DNA of 64,000 nucleotides from the NCBI GenBank assembly GCA_964202905.1, contig CAXNJO010000004.1:192001-256000 (forward strand), in the 5' to 3' direction. Source of the stretch: Polyangiales bacterium. Lineage in GTDB: Bacteria > Myxococcota_A > Polyangia > Polyangiales > JADJQN01. How positions within the stretch are numbered: the stretch's first letter is position 1; every line of letters starts with the position of its first letter. The notes beneath the pieces are model-generated. The model saw only the letters and a list, made by a program, of their open reading frames with translations, was not told the origin of the DNA and did no database searches. The position numbers and the translations under genes were made by a program. Positions 55,249-64,000 of the stretch are shown here, piece by piece.

Positions 55249-56301
55249 TCAGCCCGGCGCGCAAAGACCGCGCCACAACGCCACGAGATCCGGCGCGAGC
55301 GGCGCCTCGAACGCGATCGGGAGACCCGTCCGCGGGTGGTCGAAGCCGAGCCGATGCGCGTGGAGCGCATGGCGTTCGTGCCCGAGGCGCGCGAGCAACT
55401 CCGGGGTCATCCCCGTCTCGATGTGCTCATAGAACACGGCCTCGCGCTCGGGGCCGTACAGTTTGTCCCCCACGATCGGGTGGCCGATGGCGGAGAGGTG
55501 CACGCGAAGCTGGTGCTGGCGCCCCGTGCGGGGGTGCAGCGCCACGAGCGTGTGCGCCGGCCCGCGCGCGACGACCTCGTAGCCCGTCTCGGCCCGCGCG
55601 CCTTCGCTGCCGTCGTCGCGGATCTCCATCAGCAGGTGCAGGCCCTCGCGGACGGGGGAGATCGGCAGCGTGATGTCGCCGCGCTCGGCGGCGAGCGCGC
55701 CGCGGACGATCGCGAGGTAGCTCTTGCGAACCCGACGCCCCTCGAAGGCGTTCTTCAGCACGCGCTCGTCGTCGATCGTCTTCGCGCACGCGAGCACGCC
55801 GCTCGTCTCGCGGTCGAGGCGGTGCGCGATCCGCGGCGTGCGATCGCCATACCGTGCGCGGAGGACGTACGTGAGCGTGTTGCGGTGGTACGTCGCCGTC
55901 GGGTGGACGGGCAGGCCGGCGGGCTTGTCGAGCACGAAGAGGGCGTCGTCCTCGTACAACAAGCCGTATTCCGTTGGGGCGTCCGGCTCCGTGAACCCGG
56001 CACGGACGAGCAGGACGGTCTCGCCTTCGCGCACGATGTCGCTCGGACGCCGCCGCGTCCCATCGGCGCGGCGCCCGGCCTCGCGTACGATCGCCTGCGC
56101 GCGCGTGCGAGAGAGCCGCGGGATGCGCGTCTGGATGAAGCGATCGAGACGGAGGCCCGCGTGCTCCCGCGGGACCGGGAAGCTGAGGAGAATCGCGTCC
56201 GGCGGCGAACCGGGCGGGAGGCGCAGCTGCGGCCCGGTTCGCGCCGAGGTCGGCGGGGCCACCGCGACGGCCGGAGGCAGGGCCGCTGCGGGAGTGGGCA
56301 T
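55249..56301 (-). CDS. RluA/RluD-family pseudouridine synthase
   Basis: RLDRFI, DKPAGLPVHP, HRLDRETSG, TGRQHQLRVH, IVGDKLYG; start uncertain. Confidence 0.92.
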   Translation of the reverse strand: MPTPAAALPPAVAVAPPTSARTGPQLRLPPGSPPDAILLSFPVPREHAGLRLDRFIQTRIPRLSRTRAQAIVREAGRRADGTRRRPSDIVREGETVLLVRAGFTEPDAPTEYGLLYEDDALFVLDKPAGLPVHPTATYHRNTLTYVLRARYGDRTPRIAHRLDRETSGVLACAKTIDDERVLKNAFEGRRVRKSYLAIVRGALAAERGDITLPISPVREGLHLLMEIRDDGSEGARAETGYEVVARGPAHTLVALHPRTGRQHQLRVHLSAIGHPIVGDKLYGPEREAVFYEHIETGMTPELLARLGHERHALHAHRLGFDHPRTGLPIAFEAPLAPDLVALWRGLCAPG

Positions 56302-56497
56302 GCCGGGTGCGACAATATCGGCGGAGACAGTATCGACGGCGATACCCGCGGCGCCGTGCCCGACAGGAAGCTCGACGGAAGCACGACCACCCGCGAAGCG
56401 TGACGCGTCACGCTCGGCGGGTGGGGGGGATGAACTCATCGCGAAGGCGACGAGGCCGTCGGGGGGACGCGGGCGGCACCCCCCTGACGGACCAGGC

Positions 56498-56689
56498 TCA
56501 GGCTGCCTTGACGACGGCGCCGGAGCGGATGCACCGGGTGCACGCGCGGAGCTTCTGCGCCCGACCGTCCTTGAGGACACGCACGGACTGCAGGTTGGGC
56601 TGCTGCCACTTGCGGGTCTTGATGTTGGAGTGGCTGACCTTGTGGGCCTTGAGCCGGATCTTGCTGCAGTAATCGCACGCGAATGCCAT
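56498..56689 (-). CDS. rpmB: 50S ribosomal protein L28 (Zn-ribbon form)
   Basis: CDYC...VSHSNIKTRKWQQPNLQ...CTRC. Confidence 0.97.
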   Translation of the reverse strand: MAFACDYCSKIRLKAHKVSHSNIKTRKWQQPNLQSVRVLKDGRAQKLRACTRCIRSGAVVKAA

Positions 56690-56747
56690 GACGTCCCTCG
56701 GGATGAAGGGCGCCGTTTAGCAGAGCCTCTCGGCGGCCGCAAGCGCG

Positions 56748-59700
56748 GTGGCGACGCGGCGGGGCCCTTCGACGCGTCGCGCCGCACGCCGTCGACGCTT
56801 CCGCTGCTACGCTCGGCTGGCGAAACACGGAGACTCTCCCCTGCGCGACACCCACCCGCCCCACCCCGCGCCCCCGCACGCGACGACCGCTGGACGCGTG
56901 GTCGTGGTCGGGCTCGTCGCGATCGTGCTCGGCCTCGGCTTGCTCGCCACGCAGCTCGGTCGGCGCTCGCCCGAGCGTGTCCGCGACGCGACGACGGCGC
57001 GGCACGACGCCGGGTTGGCCGCGCCTTCGCCGGGGGGCGCGCTCACGATCAGGGTGACCGCACGGCCGAGGACGGACGCCACGGACGGCGACGGCGCGGA
57101 CGCCGCCCAGCCCGACGCGGACGGGCGCACAGGCGGCGGTCGCGCGGACGGCGATGCCGCCGGGGCGCCCATCGGGGACGCGGAGGTCCTCGCCCTCGAC
57201 GGCGCGGGCCGCACCGTCGCCGTCGCGCGGACGGATGCGTCCGGGCGCGCCCGCCTCGCGCCGCTCCCGGACGGAACGTTCACGCTCGTCGTCGCACGGG
57301 CGTCCTTCGCCCGCGCCGTGCGCGTCGCGCGGGTCGCGGGCGGCGTCGGCGAGGCGCGGGTGACGCTGGGACCGGGCGCGACGTTGTCGGGGCAGGTCGT
57401 CGACGAGGAGGGCGCGGCCGTGGCGGAGGCGCGCCTCTCGTCGTGGCCCGACGACGCCTCGCTCGACGCGCCGGAGACGCAGGCCCCCGCGACGCGGCCC
57501 TGGACGGTGCGAGCGGACCGGGCAGGCGGTTTCACCTTCGATACGCTCGCGCCGGGCGGTGCGGTGCGCGTGGAGGCCTCCGCGCCCGGCTTCGAGACGG
57601 CGACGCGACGCGCGGTGCTGCTCCGCGCGGGCGCCCCTGCGCTGCGCCTCGTGTTGCGGCGGACCGGGCGCATCGCCGGCCGGGTGCGCGGCCCCGATGG
57701 GGCCAACGTGCAGTCGACCATCGTGCTCGCGGGGAGCGGCGTCTGGCCGCCGCGATCCGTGGAGACGGACGCCTCGGGCGCGTACCAGATCGACGGCGTG
57801 CCGGGCGGCGTCTACGAGGTGCGCGCGCGGCATGGCGGGCTCGTCGCGACGCCGCGGGAGGGGCTCCTGCTCGCGCCGGGCGGTGCGCTCGTCGCCGATC
57901 TCGAGCTGGCCGTCGGCGCGACGCTCCGGGTGGAGGTGCGCGACGCCGATGCCGAGGCGCCCCTCGAGGGGGCCGAGATCGTCGTGACGGAGGACGCGCT
58001 CGCCTTCGCACCGCGGGCGGCGCGGTCCGGGCGCGATGGGACGCTCGCGGTGGAGGGGCTCCGCGCGATCGCGCACCGCTGTGCCGTTCAGGCGGCGGGC
58101 TACGTATCGCTCGTCGCCGAGGCGTGCGCGCCGGGGGATGCGCCGGTCCGCTTCGCGCTGCGGCGCGCGGCCGAGATCCGCGGCGTCGTCGTGGACGCGC
58201 TGGGCGCGCCGATCCGCGGCGCACAGGTCGAGGTCGGCGGCACGACGGACTCGGGCGCGTCCGTCGCCATGTCCTCGAGATCGCTCGCGTTCCGGGCGGC
58301 GCTGTTCGAGGCCCAGCGCGCAGGGCCTCCCCCGCTCCGCCCCGCCGGGGAGCTCGGCGTCACGCTCGGCGGCGTGCCGCCCATCCCGATCGTCGCGACG
58401 GTCCTCGGTACGCACGGGCCGGATGCGCGGACGACGGGGAGCGGCACGTCGGGCGGGGACGGTGGCGTCGAGGCCGCAGACGACGCGGTCACGATGGGCT
58501 TCGGCACCGACGCGGAGGGACGTTTCCGCATCGCGGGCGTGCCCCCGGGGCGCATCACGCTGGTCGCCCGGCACCTCGCGTACGCGCCGGGCTTCACGCC
58601 GCCGCGCGTCGTCGTCGCCGGCGCGCGCATCGAGGACGTCCGCATCGTGCTCCCGGAGGGCGGCACCGTGGACGGGCGCGTGACCGACGCGCGCGGCTTC
58701 CCGATCGAGGCGATCCGCGTCGAGTTGATGGTGCCCGGGGAGCCCGCGCCGCGCGGGTTGCTCGCGGGCGCGGACGGGCGCTTCGAGTTCCGCGGCGTGG
58801 TCGGGGAGGTCGTCCTGACGGCGTTTCCGCCGGGCGCGCCGCCCGTCCGGACGAGCGTGCGCGTGTTCTCCGGGGCGGTCGCGCCCGTCACCCTCGCGCT
58901 CGAGGGCGAGCTTCGCGCGCTGCGCGGGCGGGTCGTCGATGCCCGCGGCTTCCCCATCGCCGGCGCCCGCGTCCGGGTGCGCTCGCTCCGCTCGCGGACG
59001 CCGTTCGCGCAGACGACCGAGAGCGGCGACGACGGCACCTGGTCGATCGAGGGGATGCCGCTGCCGCCCTGGTCGCTCGAGGCGGATCACACGGATTACG
59101 CGCTCACGCGGCTGGCCGAGGTGGACGACGCGGCGCGCGAGCTGCGCGTGATGCTCGCGCCGTGCGCTGCGGTGCGCGGCGTGGTCACGGACTCCCTCTC
59201 CGGTGCGGGGTTGCGCGGCGCACGGGTGCGCCTGCGCGGTGCGGCGGGCTCCTTCGAGGCGGACACGCAGACCGACGGCGCGTGGGATGTCCTGCGCGTC
59301 CCCGCCGGTGCGTACGGCGTGCAGGCCGATCACGCCTCCTACGTGACGGGCACAGCCGAGATCGTCGTCGCGGAGCGCGGCCGCACGCTCGCCGACGTCG
59401 AAGGCGTCGCGCTCGCGCTGGTGCCCGGGGGCGCGCTCCGCGGCGAGGTCGTCGATGCGCTCGGCGCGCCGGTCTCGGGCGCGGAGGTCACCGCGGGACC
59501 GGCGGGCGTGCCGCCCGACTGGACCCGCGCGGCGCGCACGGATCCGCGCGGCGGCTTCGTGCTCCGCGGCGTCCCGGCCGGCGACGCATGGCCGTGCGCG
59601 CGGCACCCCGCAGCCGGCGAAACACTGGCGCGGTACCCCGCGCGCGTGCGGGTCGGCGAGGAGACGCCCGGCCTCGTGCTGCGGCTCCCGGAGCGCTTCG

Positions 59701-59753
59701 ACAAGGCGCGGGGCGACGCCCGCCTCGCCGCGGATCCGGCCGGCACGCGCTGA
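56748..59753 (+). CDS. Membrane-anchored protein with tandem carboxypeptidase-regulatory-like beta-sandwich repeats
   Basis: N-terminal TM; many GxVxDxxGxPIxGAxV...TDxxGxF repeats; true start probably later (about 56841-56900). Confidence 0.85.
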   Translation: MATRRGPSTRRAARRRRFRCYARLAKHGDSPLRDTHPPHPAPPHATTAGRVVVVGLVAIVLGLGLLATQLGRRSPERVRDATTARHDAGLAAPSPGGALTIRVTARPRTDATDGDGADAAQPDADGRTGGGRADGDAAGAPIGDAEVLALDGAGRTVAVARTDASGRARLAPLPDGTFTLVVARASFARAVRVARVAGGVGEARVTLGPGATLSGQVVDEEGAAVAEARLSSWPDDASLDAPETQAPATRPWTVRADRAGGFTFDTLAPGGAVRVEASAPGFETATRRAVLLRAGAPALRLVLRRTGRIAGRVRGPDGANVQSTIVLAGSGVWPPRSVETDASGAYQIDGVPGGVYEVRARHGGLVATPREGLLLAPGGALVADLELAVGATLRVEVRDADAEAPLEGAEIVVTEDALAFAPRAARSGRDGTLAVEGLRAIAHRCAVQAAGYVSLVAEACAPGDAPVRFALRRAAEIRGVVVDALGAPIRGAQVEVGGTTDSGASVAMSSRSLAFRAALFEAQRAGPPPLRPAGELGVTLGGVPPIPIVATVLGTHGPDARTTGSGTSGGDGGVEAADDAVTMGFGTDAEGRFRIAGVPPGRITLVARHLAYAPGFTPPRVVVAGARIEDVRIVLPEGGTVDGRVTDARGFPIEAIRVELMVPGEPAPRGLLAGADGRFEFRGVVGEVVLTAFPPGAPPVRTSVRVFSGAVAPVTLALEGELRALRGRVVDARGFPIAGARVRVRSLRSRTPFAQTTESGDDGTWSIEGMPLPPWSLEADHTDYALTRLAEVDDAARELRVMLAPCAAVRGVVTDSLSGAGLRGARVRLRGAAGSFEADTQTDGAWDVLRVPAGAYGVQADHASYVTGTAEIVVAERGRTLADVEGVALALVPGGALRGEVVDALGAPVSGAEVTAGPAGVPPDWTRAARTDPRGGFVLRGVPAGDAWPCARHPAAGETLARYPARVRVGEETPGLVLRLPERFDKARGDARLAADPAGTR

Positions 59754-59780
59754 ACGGCGCGCGGCGCTATCATGCGGCCG

Positions 59781-61394
59781 ATGCGCGGCCCGATGGGGAA
59801 GGTCTACCTGCTCGGCGCCGGTCCCGGGGACCCCGAGCTCATCACGGCGCGCGCGCTGCGACGCCTCGGCGAGTGCGACGTCGTGCTCTACGACGCCCTC
59901 GTGCACCCCGACCTCCTCGCGCACGCGCGTCCGGGCGCCGAGCTCGTCTTCGTCGGCAAGCGCGCGGGCGCGCCGAGCGAGCGGCAGGCGAACATCCACG
60001 CGCGGATGGTACGCGAGGCCCGGGCCGGCCGGATCGTCGGCCGGCTGAAGGGCGGCGACCCGTTCATGTTCGGGCGCGGCTCCGAGGAGGCCGAGCACCT
60101 CGCCGACGCGGGCATCCCCTTCGAGGTCGTGCCGGGCGTGACGTCACCGCTCGCCGTCTGCGCCTACGCGGGTATTTCGCTCACGCACCGCGAGGCCTCG
60201 AGCAGCGTCGCCTTCCTCACGGCGACCGAGCACCCCGACAAGCCCGAGAGCGCCCACGACTGGTCGAAGCTCGCGACCGCCACGCAGACGCTCGTGATCT
60301 TCATGGGCATGCGGCACCTCGAGCGCACGATGGCGCGCCTCGTCGCGCACGGCCGCGACCCGGACGAGCCCGCGGCCGTGTTCGAGTGGGCGTCGCTGCC
60401 GCGCCAACGCAGCCTGGTCGGCACCGTGGGCACGATCGCGCAGATCGCGCGCGAGGCAGGGGCTGGGCTGCCGGCGCTCACCGTCGTCGGCGAGGTCGTG
60501 CGGCTGCGCGAGCGGCTGCGCTGGTACGACGTGCAGCCGCTCTTCGGCAAGCGCGTGCTCGTGACGCGCCCCGCCGGGCAGGAGCGCGGCTTCGCGCAGC
60601 GCCTCCGCGACGCGGGGGCTGAGCCGGTCGCGCTGCCGACGATCCGCATCGAGCCTCCCGAGGACGCGGCCGCGCTCCGGCGCGCGGTGCACGAGGCCGC
60701 GCGCTACGACGCGCTGGTCTTCACGAGCGCGAACGGCGTCACCCGCTTCTTCGAGGCGCTCGCGGCGGAGGGCGGCGACGCCCGGTGGCTGGGGCGCGGT
60801 CTCGTCGCGGCGATCGGCCCCGCGACGGCCGAGGCGCTCGCGGTTTACGGCGTGCGTGCCGACGTCGTGCCTGCCGAATACCGCGGCGAGGCAGCGGCCG
60901 ACAGCCTGATCGCCGCGCTCGGCGAACGTGTGCGGGGCGCACACATCCTCGTGCCGCGCGCAGCCGTCGCGCGCGAAGTGCTCCCCGAGCGTCTCGCCGC
61001 GGCGGGCGCGCAGGTCGACGTCGTCGCGGCCTACCGCACCATCGGCCCCCGCGACGAGGACGCCCATGCGATCCGCGAAGCGCTCGCCGCCGGCACGCTC
61101 GACGTCGTGGCGTTCACGTCGTCCTCGACCGTCGAGCAGCTGCTCGCCGCGCTCGGCCCCGAGGCGCAGGCGCGACTCGCCCATGTGACGCTGGCGTCGA
61201 TCGGGCCAATCACGACCCGCACCGCCGAAGCGCACGGATTGCGTGTCGCGGTGACCGCGAGCGAGTACACCACTGCCGGGCTCGTCGACGCGCTCGAGGC
61301 GCACTTCGCCGCCGCCCGCTCCGACGCCGCCTCACGAGACGCCAACCGCTCCGATGCGCCGTCACACGACGCCTTCCCGCACGACGCCGACTGA
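59781..61394 (+). CDS. cobA: Uroporphyrinogen-III C-methyltransferase / uroporphyrinogen-III synthase fusion
   Basis: GAGPGDPELIT, RLKGGDPFMFGRG, FTSANGV, FTSSSTV, SIGPIT; start 59772, 59781 or 59793. Confidence 0.95.
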   Translation: MRGPMGKVYLLGAGPGDPELITARALRRLGECDVVLYDALVHPDLLAHARPGAELVFVGKRAGAPSERQANIHARMVREARAGRIVGRLKGGDPFMFGRGSEEAEHLADAGIPFEVVPGVTSPLAVCAYAGISLTHREASSSVAFLTATEHPDKPESAHDWSKLATATQTLVIFMGMRHLERTMARLVAHGRDPDEPAAVFEWASLPRQRSLVGTVGTIAQIAREAGAGLPALTVVGEVVRLRERLRWYDVQPLFGKRVLVTRPAGQERGFAQRLRDAGAEPVALPTIRIEPPEDAAALRRAVHEAARYDALVFTSANGVTRFFEALAAEGGDARWLGRGLVAAIGPATAEALAVYGVRADVVPAEYRGEAAADSLIAALGERVRGAHILVPRAAVAREVLPERLAAAGAQVDVVAAYRTIGPRDEDAHAIREALAAGTLDVVAFTSSSTVEQLLAALGPEAQARLAHVTLASIGPITTRTAEAHGLRVAVTASEYTTAGLVDALEAHFAAARSDAASRDANRSDAPSHDAFPHDAD

Positions 61395-61406
61395 CCCGGA
61401 GGACTG

Positions 61407-62801
<1,395 letters not shown>

Positions 62802-62835
62802 GCCGCCCGCGCCGCCGCCCGGGCCGCCCGAGATC

Positions 62836-63291
62836 GTGCTGCGCCTCGACGTCCGCGCCGAGCGCGCCGATGCGTCTCTGCGCCTCGCGGGGGCCGTCGT
62901 CTGCGGGCTCGGCGCGCTCACGATCGCGGCGCTCGAACCGACGCTCGTGGGCTGGGTCGTGGTGCTCGTCGCGAGCCTCGCGTCGGTCGGGTGGGCTGCG
63001 TCGTACGCGGGCGCGCGGCGCCGCACGTCGGTGCCCATCCGGTACACGCTGACGCTCGGCGCAGACGCGCTCGCGCTCTGCGAGGCGGGGCGTGTGGAGA
63101 CGCTGCGATGGGAGGCCGTGCGCGCGGTCGACGTGGACGAGGACCGCCTCGTCGTGCGCGTGCACCGGCGGGAGGGCGGCGCGCCGCTCGTGCTCGAGCC
63201 GCGCTACGAGGGCGTCAGCGTCTACGCGCTCGCCGAGCTCGTCGGCGCCCGTGTTTGCCCCGCGGCTTCCCAAACGGGGCCCGCGCCCTAG
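62836..63291 (+). CDS. Hypothetical membrane protein (2 TM plus PH-like tail)
   Basis: Two hydrophobic segments; start uncertain. Confidence 0.55.
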   Translation: MLRLDVRAERADASLRLAGAVVCGLGALTIAALEPTLVGWVVVLVASLASVGWAASYAGARRRTSVPIRYTLTLGADALALCEAGRVETLRWEAVRAVDVDEDRLVVRVHRREGGAPLVLEPRYEGVSVYALAELVGARVCPAASQTGPAP

Positions 63292-63316
63292 AATGCCCCC
63301 CTTCGCGGAGAACACG

Positions 63317-63637
63317 ATGGCGACTCGCTGGGAGAACGACTCGGGGATCGTCACCGAGAAGAAGACGGGCACCCGGACGCGGCGCCCGCCGCTCTACAAG
63401 GTGCTGATGCACAACGACCACTACACGACGCGCGAGTTCGTGGTCGACGTGCTGCACACCGTCTTCCACAAGTCCGAGGCGGAGGCCGTGCAGGTCATGA
63501 TGCACGTCCACCTGCATGGCGTCGGGCTCGCGGGCATCTACCCGTTCGAGGTCGCGGAGACCAAGATCAAGACCGTCGAGCGCTTGTCGCGGGAATACGA
63601 GTTCCCGCTGCAACTGACGATGGAACCGGAGGACTGA
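63317..63637 (+). CDS. clpS: ATP-dependent Clp protease adaptor ClpS
   Basis: PPLYKVLMHNDHYTTREFVV...MMHVH...EVAETK...FPL; GGAG SD. Confidence 0.95.
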   Translation: MATRWENDSGIVTEKKTGTRTRRPPLYKVLMHNDHYTTREFVVDVLHTVFHKSEAEAVQVMMHVHLHGVGLAGIYPFEVAETKIKTVERLSREYEFPLQLTMEPED

Positions 63638-63640
63638 TCC

Positions 63641-64000
63641 GTGCCGAGCCCGATCCTCGCCAAAGAGCTGCAAGCCGCCCTCCGCACCGCCTTCGACGAG
63701 GCGACGCGGCTGCGGCACGAGTACGTGACGCTCGAGCACCTGCTGCTCGCGCTGCTCCGCGACCCGCGCGCGGGCAAGGCGATCCGCGCGTGCGGCGCGA
63801 ACGTGCCGCGCCTCCGCAAGGAGCTCGAGGCCTTCCTCACCGAGAGCCTCCCTCCCGTTCCGGAGGGCGTGGACGTCTCCCCGCAGACGACGGTCTCCGT
63901 CGAGCGCGTCCTGCAGCGTGCGGCCATCCACGTCATGTCGTCCGACCAGCAGCTGATCGACGGCGGCAGCGTGCTCGTGCAGATGTTCAAAGAGGAGCAG
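63641..64000 (+). CDS. clpA: ATP-dependent Clp protease ATPase ClpA (5' part)
   Basis: RHEYVTLEHLLLAL...CGANV...VERVLQRAAIHV; follows clpS; runs off the window. Confidence 0.92.
   Translation, partial: MPSPILAKELQAALRTAFDEATRLRHEYVTLEHLLLALLRDPRAGKAIRACGANVPRLRKELEAFLTESLPPVPEGVDVSPQTTVSVERVLQRAAIHVMSSDQQLIDGGSVLVQMFKEEQ

Noticed and set aside
56455..56495. GC hairpin after rpmB
   Set aside because: Stem present but no U-tract, so not called a terminator.
55724..60622. 1632-aa ORF and many other long Arg/Ala/Pro-rich ORFs (e.g. 56436-60098, 3169-5640, 23442-25637)
   Set aside because: Shadow frames caused by stop-codon scarcity at very high GC; they overlap genes with clear motifs.
61310..61394. 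Short degenerate repeats at the cobA/hemD 3' end (RSDAASRDANRSDAPSHDA)
   Set aside because: Low-complexity coding tail, not a regular array.

Overview
Very GC-rich, gene-dense chromosomal window, probably from a Myxococcota (Polyangiales/Sandaracinus-like) bacterium. This placement is inferred from the Ser/Thr kinases, the PP2C phosphatase, the Cys-rich lipoproteins and an AgmX/PglI-type domain. No CRISPR array, rRNA, tRNA, IS element or prophage was seen. Housekeeping genes include ugd (partial), rpsP-khpA-rimM-trmD-SPOUT, bcp, rplS, yfgM-bamB, ask, cca, rluA-like, rpmB, cobA/hemD-hemB and clpS-clpA (partial). A clear XerCD dif-like site lies at 40200-40227, so the window probably spans the replication terminus. 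The main accessory feature is a 7.3-kb minus-strand sulfur locus: CymR-like Rrf2, cysK, an N-terminally truncated ThiF/MoeB, a CysO/MoaD carrier ending GG (1-nt frameshift), a 109-aa degenerate MoeB paralog, cysM-like, a JAMM protease, clostridial-type aprAB and larE. The small MoeB paralog carries the Arg-finger segment that its partner lacks, suggesting a heterodimeric E1-like enzyme. Other notable items: a four-gene operon encoding 12 copies of one disulfide-flanked domain; a degenerate family-4 UDG in an operon with acidic/Asp-box, HEAT and SWIM proteins; a UshA-like tetraheme lipoprotein; a candidate GbsR operator; and repeated signs of leaderless transcripts. All calls are by-eye motif recognition; no searches were run.
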